Counted from the first letter of the whole stretch, positions 11,229 to 23,744 are shown. The stretch is DNA of 63,858 bases, filler included, from Octopus bimaculoides (GCF_001194135.2; 9 parts of 8 records of this genome joined end to end with filler, not necessarily neighbours in it); one strand, 5' to 3'. Notes: a model not told the origin generated them from the letters alone. Numbers and translations are program-made.

Positions 11229-11609
11229 TGTGGCTGTGTAGTAAGTAGTTTGCCTACCAACCACATGGTTCCGGGTTCAGTCCCACTGCGTGGCACCTTG
11301 GGCAAGTGTCTTCTACTATAGCCTCGGGCCGACCAAAGCCTTGTGAGTGGATTTGGTAGACGGAAACTGAAAGAAGCCTGTCGTATATATGTGTATANNN
11401 NNNNNNNTGTCCCCCCATCATCGCTTGACAACCGATGCTGGTGTGTTTACGTCCCCGTAACTTAGCGGTTCGGCAAAAAGAGACCGATAGAATAAGTACT
11501 AAGCTTCCAAAGAATAAGTCTTGGGGTCGATTTGCTCGACTAAAAGGCGGTGCTCCAGCATGGCCACAGTCAAATGATTGAAACAAGTAATAGAGTAAAA
11601 GAGTAAAAG
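11229..11609 (+). mobile_element. SINE family A, full length
   Basis: Head GTGGCTGTGTAGTAAG, CORE-like segment, internal (TA)/(TG) tract, 3' end (GAGTAAAA)n. Confidence 0.92.
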
Positions 11610-11640
<31 letters not shown>

Positions 11641-11670
11641 TCTAATCCTATACTATCGTATCTTTTGAAG

Positions 11671-11741
11671 GTACGATCGTTGGAGCACTCTTTGACGACA
11701 TCACGACCAGATTTCGCCACTTCGCTCGGTCGATGCTCCCT
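11671..11741 (+). other. Candidate short internal exon (71 bp)
   Basis: TCTTTTGAAG acceptor, CCT|GTAAGT donor, CpG-rich non-repeat sequence; one open frame reads TIVGALFDDITTRFRHFARSMLP. No homologue recognised. Confidence 0.35.
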
Positions 11742-11777
11742 GTAAGTCAGCGAAATTGAGGCCTGTCCGCTTTTTAA

Positions 11778-12392
11778 TATTGGTTTCAAATTTTAGTACA
11801 AAACCAGCAGTCTTGAAGGGGGACTGTAGTTGATTACATCGATCCAACTGCTCAACTGGTACTTATTTAATCGATGCTAAAAAGATGAAGGGCGAAATCA
11901 ACGCGAGCGGAATTTGAACTAAGAACGCAGTGCCGGACGAAAGTCCGATTTTTAATATCACAAGTTGACAAGCTGGCAGAATCGTTAGCTTAACGCCATT
12001 TCATCCGTCTTAACCTACAGGGTTCAAATTCCGCCGAGATCGACTTTGCCTTTCATCCCTTCGGCATCGATAAAATAAGTACCAGATGTACACTGGGGCC
12101 GATGTAATCGACTTGTCTCCACTCTGAAATTGCTGGCCTTGTGGCAAAATTTTAAACTAATATTGTAACAATATGAAAAGTGGTGAACTGGCCGAATCGT
12201 TAAGCACACCGGGCAAAATGCTTAGCGGCATTTCGTACGTCTTTACATTCCGGGTTCAGATTCCACCGAGATCGACTTTGCCTTTCGTTCTTTCGGAGTC
12301 GATGAAACAAGTACCAATTGAGTATTTGGATCAATGTAATCGACTTAGCCATCACCCGATCTTGCTAGACTTGTGGCAAAATTTTAAACCAT
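11778..12392. mobile_element. Three SINE B copies: minus 11778-11942, plus 11968-12165, plus 12180-12392
   Basis: The two plus copies carry TTCCGCCGAGATCGACTTTGCCTTTC-type cores; the minus copy carries a more diverged complement. Confidence 0.85.
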
Positions 12393-13279
12393 CGTTTTCT
12401 TGGCCTGTTATGCTTTTGTCCGCCTTCTGCTGCGTCTTCCAGGATTCTCTTGTCTAAGCCCGTGTTTCTTGTGACATACTCATAACATTTAAGTTTCCTT
12501 GTCTTTACAATTGTCAGCAGATCCCTATGCGGTTTAATAGCCTGGGATATTCTCATATCATGAAGGCGTAATAAAATTCACATAATATGGCATAATAACT
12601 CTATATACGAAATGATGAACAGTGATATATTTATGTATACACACATACGCACATGCTTATACTAATATGTACATGTGCATATATTTGCCCCGTGCACACA
12701 TATTCACGTGCTCGTACCGACACACACATGCATAAATATGCATACACTCATACACACAGAGTTACATATTTACTGCATATAATGAAATAAGGCAAAGTAA
12801 TATAGCTGTGCTCACACACATAAGCACATGCTCACACTAGCACAAATATCCGCACGCATACACATACACACATAGAAAAATAAAATAGTCACAAATACAA
12901 AGTACAACATTCTACCACTATTGGCAGCTGTGATATCTAACATATGCACTCACAGACAGCCACACACATATCAACAAACACACATACTCACACACATACA
13001 CATAAACACATGCCCAAACGTACATAGATTTGAGCATATACAAACAAACATACAGAATGCAAATCGTTGGCACCTAAATGGTTTCTCATTTATCAACAAT
13101 CTCCAGCAATGGCGAGAATTCAACTGATTGAAAAAAAATCTATTCAAAAATATTTAAAAAGAAAGAAGTTATCAAGAGGGGGATACTATTAGGGTTATTT
13201 CAATTTGATAAGTAAATTACATTTCTAAAAGAAATTCCAAAATGTTTCTTACTATAGTTAAGAATTATATTTTTCACAT

Positions 13280-13715
13280 GAGTGGCTGTGTGGTAAGTAG
13301 CTTGCTTACGAACCACATGGTTCCGGAGTGGCTGTGTGGTAAGTAGCTTGCTTACGAACAACATGGTTCCGGGATCAGTCTCACTGCGTGGCACCTTGGG
13401 CAAGTGTCTTCTACTATAGCCTCGGGCCGACAAAAAGCCTTGTGAGTGGATTTGGTAGACGGAAACTGAAAGAAGCCCGTCGTATATATACATGTGTGTA
13501 TATGCTTGTGTGTCTGTGTTTGTCCCCCCAGCATCGCTTGACAACCGATGCTGGTGTGTTTACGTCCCAGTAACTTAGCGGTTCGGCAAAACGAGACCGA
13601 TAGAATAAGTACTAGGCTTAGAAAGAATAAGTCCTGGGGTCGATTTGCTCGACTAAAGGCGGTGCTCCAGCATGGCCGCAGTCAAATGAGTGAAACAAGA
13701 AAAAGAGTAAAAGAA
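13280..13715 (+). mobile_element. SINE family A with 46-bp tandem duplication of the head
   Basis: GAGTGGCTGTGTGG...CATGGTTCCG at 13280-13325 and again at 13326-13371, followed by a complete body. Confidence 0.92.
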
Positions 13716-13789
13716 AAGAATATGTATATGCAAAAAGATTCTTATATACGAAAGAGTGCTCAACTAGAGAAGGAGATACCTTGCCTATC

Positions 13790-14125
13790 AGCCACATGGT
13801 TCCGGGTTCAGTCCCACTGATTGGCACCTTGGGCAAGTGTCTTCTACTATAGCCTCGGGCCGACCAAATCCTTGTGAGTAGGTTTGGTAGACAGAAACTG
13901 AAAGAAGCCCGTCGTATATATATGTGTGTGTGTGTGTCCAACATCACTTAACAACCGATGCTAGTGTGTTTACGTCCCCGTAACTTAGCGGTTCGGCAAA
14001 AGAGGCCGATAGAATAAGTACTAGGCTTACAAAGAATAAGTCCTGGGGTCGATTTGCTCGACTAAAGGCGGTACTCCAGCATGGCCGCAGTCAAAATGAC
14101 TGAAACAAGTAAAAGAGAAAAAGAA
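13790..14125 (+). mobile_element. SINE family A, slightly 5'-truncated, tandem to the previous copy
   Basis: CCACATGGTTCCGGGTTCAG through GACTGAAACAAGTAAAAGAG. Confidence 0.92.
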
Positions 14126-14320
14126 TAAATTTTAAAAAAATTATATTTACTGATGATCATGTGAACGAAACCATTAAAGTTCAACAATTAGTATTTTGTG
14201 TATATATTTACTACAAGTTTATGTATTCAGAACTGTTGTATAATGTTTGAATATCATTTATATACACCTAAGCGGACATGCACAAATGTATATGTGAGTG
14301 GGCGCGTATATGTGTATGTA

Positions 14321-14351
<31 letters not shown>

Positions 14352-14457
14352 TTGATTATATACATGTACATGTGTGTGTGTATAAAGTGTGTGTATCTAG
14401 GTATCTCTCTCTCTCCCTCTCTCCCTCTCTCACTCTCTCTCTCTTTCTCTCTCTCTC

Positions 14458-14525
<68 letters not shown>

Positions 14526-14528
<3 letters not shown>

Positions 14529-14672
14529 AGGCGCGTGGCTTAGTGGTTAGGGTGTCAGCACCAAGATCGTAAGATTGTGGTTTCGATTCCAGAACCGTCC
14601 AGCTGGGGAACGCATACGCCACTGAAACCGGGAAACCGGGCCCATGAGCCTGGCTAGGCTTTAAAAGGACCC

Positions 14673-14676
<4 letters not shown>
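14526..14676 (+). mobile_element. SINE family D, internally deleted
   Basis: Head GAGGCGCGTGGCTTAGTGGTTAGG...GGTTTCGATTCC joined directly to the 3' module CCAGCTGGGGAAC...CCTGGCTAGGCTTTAAAAGG; compare the full copy at 44721-44951. Confidence 0.8.
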
Positions 14677-14703
<27 letters not shown>

Positions 14704-14908
14704 GTTCAGTAGTTTTATTTTTATAACGTGCTTTCACTTCACTACTGAGCGCAGCTCTGTGCGCATTGGGTATGTGCTGTGGTTTGCTGTGGTGCTCTTA
14801 TGTTTACAGTATTGAAAGTGTTTTGCGTAGAATGTGTGCAGTACCCAGTAGTGCAATTTTCTGTATGTTATATATATTTGTAAGTTCTGGTATTTTTGTT
14901 ATGTATTT
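14704..14908 (-). mobile_element. R4-clade non-LTR element, 3' end (subfamily b)
   Basis: Translation KYITKIPELTNIYNIQKIALLGTAHILRKTLSI plus the same 3' UTR as 39577 and 47217; ends in (AAT)n. Confidence 0.85.
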
Positions 14909-15454
14909 NNNNNNNNNNNNNNNNNNNNNNNNNNNNNNNNNNNNNNNNNNNNNNNNNNNNNNNNNNNNNNNNNNNNNNNNNNNNNNNNNNNNNNNNNNNN
15001 NNNNNNNNNNNNNNNNNNNNNNNNNNNNNNNNNNNNNNNNNNNNNNNNNNNNNNNNNNNNNNNNNNNNNNNNNNNNNNNNNNNNNNNNNNNNNNNNNNNN
15101 NNNNNNNNNNNNNNNNNNNNNNNNNNNNNNNNNNNNNNNNNNNNNNNNNNNNNNNNNNNNNNNNNNNNNNNNNNNNNNNNNNNNNNNNNNNNNNNNNNNN
15201 NNNNNNNNNNNNNNNNNNNNNNNNNNNNNNNNNNNNNNNNNNNNNNNNNNNNNNNNNNNNNNNNNNNNNNNNNNNNNNNNNNNNNNNNNNNNNNNNNNNN
15301 NNNNNNNNNNNNNNNNNNNNNNNNNNNNNNNNNNNNNNNNNNNNNNNNNNNNNNNNNNNNNNNNNNNNNNNNNNNNNNNNNNNNNNNNNNNNNNNNNNNN
15401 NNNNNNNNNNNNNNNNNNNNNNNNNNNNNNNNNNNNNNNNNNNNNNNNNNNNNN

Positions 15455-15485
<31 letters not shown>

Positions 15486-16285
15486 GTATGTATGTATATA
15501 TATATATATGTATATATAAAAGTTGGTATGTAGTATATATTTATATATATATATATCAATATATAAGTATACATTTATATGTATACAATTATATACGTAT
15601 GTGTATATATATATAGATATGTATATGTATATATATGTATATATAAATATGTATGTATATAGACATACATATATGTATATATATATGTGTGTGTGTGTGT
15701 GTGTGCGTGTATGTGTACGTAATGTATGTATGTATGCATTTCTTCATTCATGTATGTATGTTTGTATGTATATATATTGGCGTAAATTTAGCGGATATAA
15801 GATTGCAATCTCTCACTTGCTAACAGCAAATTTTAGTTTCCTACACAAATATTTCTTTAAAGTTGCAAGGTTAAACATGTTCGAAACATATTTAAATATT
15901 TTAAACATTAAATATTATTCTACACAAAGAAAAAAAAATTCAACGTATATACATTGGAGACACTCACCAATTTTCTTTTCTGAAAATTTCGCCCACACAT
16001 CGTCATAGCTGTAAACTTATAAGATAGAGTGCCGCTGAAGGAACAAGGTGTCGACTTGGCGCCATTAGCTACAATTCGTGAATGACAAATTGAGGAGCAA
16101 AACTAATATCTGGACGATGAAGTGACAGCCATTACTATCTGGCACTATTTAGCTTGCAGGCTAAGCATCTACGAGCTCTTTTTTTCTTTCCCTCTCTCTG
16201 CCTATCAATCTGTACATACATACACACATACATACACATACACTCACTCACATATATATACGCATATAATATATATATATATATG

Positions 16286-16316
<31 letters not shown>

Positions 16317-17084
16317 CATACACACATATATATAGCCCTTAAATACTAAAGGTATATATATATGTATGTATATATATATATATATATANNNNNNNNNNNN
16401 NNNNNNNNNNNNNNNNNNNNNNNNNNNNNNNNNNNNNNNNNNNNNNNNNNNNNNNNNNNNNNNNNNNNNNNNNNNNNNNNNNNNNNNNNNNNNNNNNNNN
16501 NNNNNNNNNNNNNNNNNNNNNNNNNNNNNNNNNNNNNNNNNNNNNNNNNNNNNNNNNNNNNNNNNNNNNNNNNNNNNNNNNNNNNNNNNNNNNNNNNNNN
16601 NNNNNNNNNNNNNNNNNNNNNNNNNNNNNNNNNNNNNNNNNNNNNNNNNNNNNNNNNNNNNNNNNNNNNNNNNNNNNNNNNNNNNNNNNNNNNNNNNNNN
16701 NNNNNNNNNNNNNNNNNNNNNNNNNNNNNNNNNNNNNNNNNNNNNNNNNNNNNNNNNNNNNNNNNNNNNNNNNNNNNNNNNNNNNNNNNNNNNNNNNNNN
16801 NNNNNNNNNNNNNNNNNNNNNNNNNNNNNNNNNNNNNNNNNNNNNNNNNNNNNNNNNNNNNNNNNNNNNNNNNNNNNNNNNNNNNNNNNNNNNNNNNNNN
16901 NNNNNNNNNNNNNNNNNNNNNNNNNNNNNNNNNNNNNNNNNNNNNNNNNNNNNNNNNNNNNNNNNNNNNNNNNNNNNNNNNNNNNNNNNNNNNNNNNNNN
17001 NNNNNNNNNNNNNNNNNNNNNNNNNNNNNNNNNNNNNNNNNNNNNNNNNNNNNNNNNNNNNNNNNNNNNNNNNNNNNNNNNNNN

Positions 17085-17977
17085 AGTAAGTAGGCATTAA
17101 AAATTGGTCATGAAATCCATGCTCCTTTTACAAATTTATTGAAACAAATGATACATGTTCTTTATGACGTGGGAAAATGAAAGTAAATCTTCATATTTCA
17201 ACGTAAGCACTTGTGGCGTCAACCACTTTCCTCAAACGGCTGGAGATGGAATGAGCAGCCTTCTGAAGGACGTCGTTTGTGATATCATTGAAAATCTCCT
17301 GAATCCGTGTCTACAAGTTCTCCAATGTGGAAGGTTTTATCTTGTACACCTCGCCTTTTGTGTAACCCCACAGGTAAAAATCACATGGAGTGAGATCTGG
17401 ACTTCTTGGACTTCTGGACTTCTGAACTTTTGCGATCACAGTCTTCAGGTTTTAGCTCCTGCACGTAATGGCGTTTCCACGGGCGAAAATTCAATTCTTT
17501 ATGCAATACCGTACGTATTGTGTCTTGTTAGTCCACTTTCGCGAGCTGTTTGACCTGTTCATTTTTACGGGCTGTGATTAAACATTTCCTGCACTGTAGC
17601 CACGTTCTCTGCTGATCGGAATGTGGTTGGACAGACCACTTCTTCTTGCATTTTTCATAGAGCTCGTGGTCATTAGCTTTGCATGACAACTTTTTATTTC
17701 TCCGGACGTAGTTTTGCATGCCTACCTTACCATGCACGCCACCATCTCTGAACCAAAACAATGGAATTCCACACTCCATAGTATGATGCTATCTTAGCTC
17801 GCTCCTGAACAGTCAAGCGACCGGCCATCTGGAAAATAGGAAATAAGGAATAAGACAATAAGAAAAGAAAAAAAAACCTCCATTAATGTTGTCTGTTTAA
17901 AAAATATTTTCGTTACGACTTCAGTGAAACTAAAAATTCTATAAGCAATTTTTAATGCCTAGTTACTTTCCACCCAC
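17085..17977 (-). mobile_element. Internally deleted mariner-like (rosa/DD41D-type) DNA transposon with TIRs
   Basis: TIR portions AGTAAGTAGGCATTAAAAATTG (17085-17106) and CAATTTTTAATGCCTAGTTACT (17946-17967). N-terminus MAGRLTVQERAKIASYYGVWNSIVLVQRWWR from 17828; C-terminus SPDLTPCDFYLWGYTKGEVYKIKP...AYVEI* ending at 17191; most of the catalytic core is missing. Confidence 0.85.
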
Positions 17978-18077
17978 NNNNNNNNNNNNNNNNNNNNNNN
18001 NNNNNNNNNNNNNNNNNNNNNTTAATTAATTAANNNNNNNNNNNNNNNNNNNNNNNNNNNNNNNNNNNNNNNNNNNN
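17978..18077. other. Assembly spacer N44-TTAATTAATTAA-N44 (first of eight)
   Basis: The same 12-mer, each between N runs, lies at 18022, 22899, 32556, 39520, 45082, 53279, 57252 and 61185; it is palindromic with stops in all six frames. Confidence 0.95.
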
Positions 18078-18202
18078 CATCCATTTGTTGTTTACACCGG
18101 CTGTCTTCGTCTGTTGTTTTTTCACGAATTCTCTCATACATAGATACATACATATATATTTATATATACTTTTATTCTTTTATATTTATATATTATATAT
18201 AC

Positions 18203-18266
<64 letters not shown>

Positions 18267-18677
18267 ATAGATATACTTATGTATATGTGTGTGCGTATGT
18301 GCATGTGTGTGTGTGTATAAATCTATACTGAAAATGTGAGTAAACGAGTGGTTGCACATAAGGATAGATAGCTGGGTAGATGGATAAAATTATAGCTACA
18401 TGGAAAGATTGATGGATAGATATGCAGCTAGTTAGATATTTATGTATGTCCTAAGAGTGGGAATCAACGATTATCATGGCGAAACGGTCAAACGAGTCTT
18501 ACTATAAACTGTATAAAGATCCCTCGTCCGAGTAGTGATAATTATACGATGTGTGTGTATATATGTATTTATACATATGTATATAGGTGCAGCTGGAGCG
18601 CTCGTCGTCGTAACATTTCTGAGAGTATACATGTTCATATATATATATAAATATATAGGGATCAGCATGAGTTGCTT

Positions 18678-18796
18678 CACCAACATACTGAAAATTTAGA
18701 AATAGCAGTCAAAGAACTACTAATTCTAACTACAATTTTTTCTCTTAGAATTAGTAGTTCTTTGACTGCTATTTCTAAATTTTCAGCATGCTGGTG
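18678..18796. repeat. Near-perfect inverted repeat (52-bp arms, 15-nt loop)
   Basis: 18678-18729 is the reverse complement of 18745-18796 with 2 mismatches; the right end abuts an N gap. Confidence 0.95.
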
Positions 18797-19074
18797 NNNN
18801 NNNNNNNNNNNNNNNNNNNNNNNNNNNNNNNNNNNNNNNNNNNNNNNNNNNNNNNNNNNNNNNNNNNNNNNNNNNNNNNNNNNNNNNNNNNNNNNNNNNN
18901 NNNNNNNNNNNNNNNNNNNNNTTATAATTATAAATGTTTTTACCGATAAAGGTTTTTTTTGCATACTGAACTACTTGGCAAAATTGTTAATTATTAATAA
19001 CTAATTGGCAATTCCCTGCCCTATATACATATATATATAAAGATGGAGAGATAATTCAACGAATATTCTTTTCT

Positions 19075-19282
19075 ACACTAGGCACAAGGCACAGAATTTT
19101 TGGGGATGGGGTCAGTCGATTAGATCGATCTCAGTACGCAACTGGCACTTAATTTATTGACCCTGAAAGAATGAAATGCAAAGTCGACCTCGGCGGAATT
19201 TGAACTCAGAAGGTAACGACAGACGAAATACCGCAAAGTATTTCGCCCGGCGTGCTAACGTTTCTGCCAGCTCGCTGCCTTA
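19075..19282 (-). mobile_element. SINE family B, full length
   Basis: AAAGTCGACCTCGGCGGAATTTGAACTCAGA...TTCTGCCAGCTCGCTGCC on plus. Confidence 0.9.
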
Positions 19283-19538
19283 AATAACTCAACGAATATT
19301 ACAATAATGTAAGATAGCTATTAATCGCTTAGGAGATAGGGGTCAAATATATTTTGGTATTCCTATGTCATTGTAGCTCTATTGTTACTGGCATTCACAG
19401 GAACGCGCAGAATACTTACACATGCACATATACATACTTACATGCATGCTTACACGCGAACACACACATACACAAATACACATTCATATACATATAAGCA
19501 TTACATATTGATGTAAATGTATATATATATATATATGT

Positions 19539-19599
<61 letters not shown>

Positions 19600-19780
19600 C
19601 ATACATATGTATATATGTATATATATATATATATACATATATATGTATATATGTATATACGAATATAAATATATATACGAATATATATGTATACGTAAAT
19701 ATATATATATACATATGTATGTAAACATATATGCATATATACATTAGTATATATATATATGTACATATAAATATATATAC

Positions 19781-19816
<36 letters not shown>

Positions 19817-19849
19817 ACATACAATTACATACATTTATATATATATACG

Positions 19850-19889
<40 letters not shown>

Positions 19890-20605
19890 TAATAGATGTA
19901 TACGAGAAGGACGTATGATAGTTGAGAATTGAGATCATAGGCATTTATGAGAATACATGTACTACTTTGACCGGACATATGTTAACCACCTCTGAGCAAC
20001 TATTAGACATTCCACTTTGTTCAGTAGAGGTCAACTTTTTTTCCGACAGAAATATTTCTTTCTTTTTAGACCACTCATATCGATTTACATTAATGATGTG
20101 ATGTCCTCATGTTTAAAAGATCGGCGGCAGAAAAATGTTTTATGCGCCAAGTCATATACATCTAACTATGCATATATATATATATATATATATANNNNNN
20201 NNNNNNNNNNNNNNNNNNNNNNNNNNNNNNNNNNNNNNNNNNNNNNNNNNNNNNNNNNNNNNNNNNNNNNNNNNNNNNNNNNNNNNNNNNNNNNNNNNNN
20301 NNNNNNNNNNNNNNNNNNNNNNNNNNNNNNNNNNNNNNNNNNNNNNNNNNNNNNNNNNNNNNNNNNNNNNNNNNNNNNNNNNNNNNNNNNNNNNNNNNNN
20401 NNNNNNNNNNNNNNNNNNNNNNNNNNNNNNNNNNNNNNNNNNNNNNNNNNNNNNNNNNNNNNNNNNNNNNNNNNNNNNNNNNNNNNNNNNNNNNNNNNNN
20501 NNNNNNNNNNNNNNNNNNNNNNNNNNNNNNNNNNNNNNNNNNNNNNNNNNNNNNNNNNNNNNNNNNNNNNNNNNNNNNNNNNNNNNNNNNNNNNNNNNNN
20601 NNNNN

Positions 20606-20638
<33 letters not shown>

Positions 20639-21000
20639 GTGTGTGTCTGTTTATTTGAATGTCTATTTATCATTCTATGTATACTTCCATCGATCTCCCA
20701 CGGCATATCGCTTTGTATATAATTTTATGTATATATATACATAAATATATATATGTATACATATATATATATGTATGTACCACACACGCACAAACACACA
20801 CTCACACGCACACATATATATATATGTAAATATATGAATATATATATATATGTGTGTATATGTGTACTGTTATATGCATATGACATACATGAGTACATTT
20901 ATAGGTATATATATACATTTATAGGTATATATATATATTTATATATATAGATAGATAGACAGATAGATAGATAGACAGATAGATAGATAGATAGATAGAC

Positions 21001-21049
<49 letters not shown>

Positions 21050-21816
21050 CTTATACAGATAGATTTATAGAGAAAGATATAGATATATATGTATACTCAT
21101 CTTAAATTTTATGTATGTATGTAGGGACCTATGTTCTTGTTTGTGTGTATGGAATTACGTATGTATGTAACCTCGTCCCTTGTTTCGGGCAAAAGAACCT
21201 ATTTTATGACACATGATCGCTTTAGGGTTAAGATTTCTTTGATAATGGCTTTTCTTTGCAGTTCCATTATGACATTCACGAGGTTTAATCTTTTCCAGCT
21301 GCTTTACTCGAAAGAACAAAGATGAAGCAGAGAGAAGAAAAAAAAATGAGGTAGATGGCTATTTGACAGAAAAAAAAAGAGGTTATACCTGTTCTATCCA
21401 AGTGGTCTTTGTAAGTCTTGACAATCTACTNNNNNNNNNNACATACCTTTGAAGAACGATATAATGAAAGAATGACTTATAGAAAGACAGGAAGATGAAG
21501 TAAGCATGAAGAATACAAAATATGGAAAGATAAAATTTAGCGAAATTCTGTCAAAAGGACATCTTTTGTCGTTAGTTTTTATTAAAGTAGCCGTTACTTG
21601 CTTTTATAAAAATGACTTAACCTGCAATTCAATAGTAATTTCCTGGATTATTTTCTGGATTAGAAGCTGTGTTTTCTTCTAAATATTTTTACTGTGTAAT
21701 ATTCGATATTCCGGCATTATTGTAAGCTGAGATCAATCTAAGCATAGAAATTGGTAATATTGAATTGATACTCTCTATCCTTCTCGCCCCACCTCTCACT
21801 TTCTCTATATCTCTCT

Positions 21817-21847
<31 letters not shown>

Positions 21848-23063
21848 GCTCTGTCTGTCTCTTTTTCCCTCCCCGGCTCTTCTGTTTTGGATAGATGTTT
21901 CTTGGTTAGATCTTTCGGTATGGGTGTGGGACATGGTCGAATCAACCGGGTGGTTTGATGTCACGAATATTACCATCATCAACACAAGCACCGCGACGGC
22001 TACAATCACCGTGACGACCAATATCTCCACCCCTATCTACGCCATTACAGCCCTCATGATCACAAACTGAAGAGAGATGTAGTTTCTGTTTCGCACTTCA
22101 CCAGAGGATAACTAATATACAGGATCTTGCAGTTCTCTACTTAGGAATCTTTAAACGAAATGAAACATGACTAATATGCAAATGTCAATGTGTTATGATA
22201 GCAGAGTAAAGAAAAATGCAGATTGCTACAATGAATAACTTGAATATCATGTTAAGGTGAATATCCGGCCACAGTTCACATACCGCCAAGTTTGACTTAA
22301 TTCAGTGATTTAACTTAATTCAAAGACTTCAACATCGACGACTCGATTTTGATTGTGATCTATTTAGCAATAATATAACTGAAGTGGAACAATACTTTGA
22401 AGTCGTCTTTCCTTTTGACTGGTTTCTTACAAGAGCAATAGACAATCAAGAAAACGAAACATTTAAAATTTACAATAAAAATTGTTAATGAAAATCTATG
22501 AACGTTCGATGCGTCCTTAAATGCCAAGACTGATTAAAACAGAAGATGGCTAGGCACAAATTTCAGTTAGACAAAGTAAATACTTCGCACTATACATCTG
22601 TGGCTTGTTATATCTTGTGCTCAAATCCCAAAAGCGTCGAGCTTGCATTTCACATTCTGAAATCAATAACTTTGATATCTCTGAAGTGTTGTGCATAATT
22701 AATGAAACATATGGTCGGGAACTACGCTGTATTATCGTGTACTACGCTATAAAACTTAATCCTTTTTGCAAAATAGTAAGATGTGTCTCGAAGAAGGTTT
22801 AGCATTATACACGCACACAGACAGAGGATATAAGGATATATATATATATATATANNNNNNNNNNNNNNNNNNNNNNNNNNNNNNNNNNNNNNNNNNNNTT
22901 AATTAATTAANNNNNNNNNNNNNNNNNNNNNNNNNNNNNNNNNNNNNNNNNNNNATATATATATATATATATATATACATCTGTCTAATATTTGTCAATC
23001 TAATTCTGTATACACGTATAGATTCATACACACACATACACACGCACAAACACGCACACATTC

Positions 23064-23094
<31 letters not shown>

Positions 23095-23156
23095 CGTATG
23101 CATGAATGTATGTATGCGTGTAGCTATCTATCAATCAACCTTTATATATATACACA

Positions 23157-23715
23157 GACCGAAAACCTTCACTAAACCCGAGCTCTTCAAAAAGAAGGCT
23201 ATGGTTATTGTTTAGTGGTGTACTGCTGGACTCATCCACTACAACTTCTTAAATCCCGGAAAGAACCATTACTGCAGAAACATATTGTCATGCAATTGCC
23301 AAAATGAACGAAAAACAGCTACTTCTCCGTCCCAAACTGGCCAACAGTAGAGGGCCTGTCATTCTCTATGACAATGCTCGACTACACGTTTCCCTAATGA
23401 CGCTACTAAGTTCTTCCCCACCCAGCTTATTCTCATACATTTCTCCTACCGACTATCACTTTTTCTAGCACCTTGATGGTTTCCTACGAGAAAAGGAGTT
23501 AGAAAAGATCAAACCGATGCTGAAAGTGCGCTCAAAGAGTTCATCAACTCCAGAACTCCAGATTTGTATGTTACTGGAATAAACAATAACTCGTTGGCAA
23601 AAATATGTTGATTGTAATGATACTTACTGACTTTGATGAATGAAAATTTCCAAGTTGTTGAAAAATATTGTGATGGATTTCATGTTTCAAAACGTTGCTT
23701 ACTTTTTACATTTTA
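23157..23715 (+). pseudogene. Mariner transposase C-terminal half, cecropia/Hsmar1-like (DD34D)
   Basis: Translation KKAMVIV*WCTAGLIHYNFLNPG, GPVILYDNAR, SPTDYHFF*HLDGFL, TPDLYVTGIN, RWQKYVDCN matches Hsmar1-type motifs in order, with stops and frameshifts. Confidence 0.9.
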
Positions 23716-23744
23716 CTTATATAATATATATATTTTACTATTTT

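Noticed and set aside
21909-21945. IFRYGCGTW resembling the M13 peptidase FYxYACGxW motif
   Set aside because: A stop lies immediately upstream, the frame ends after about 35 codons, and the match is too short.
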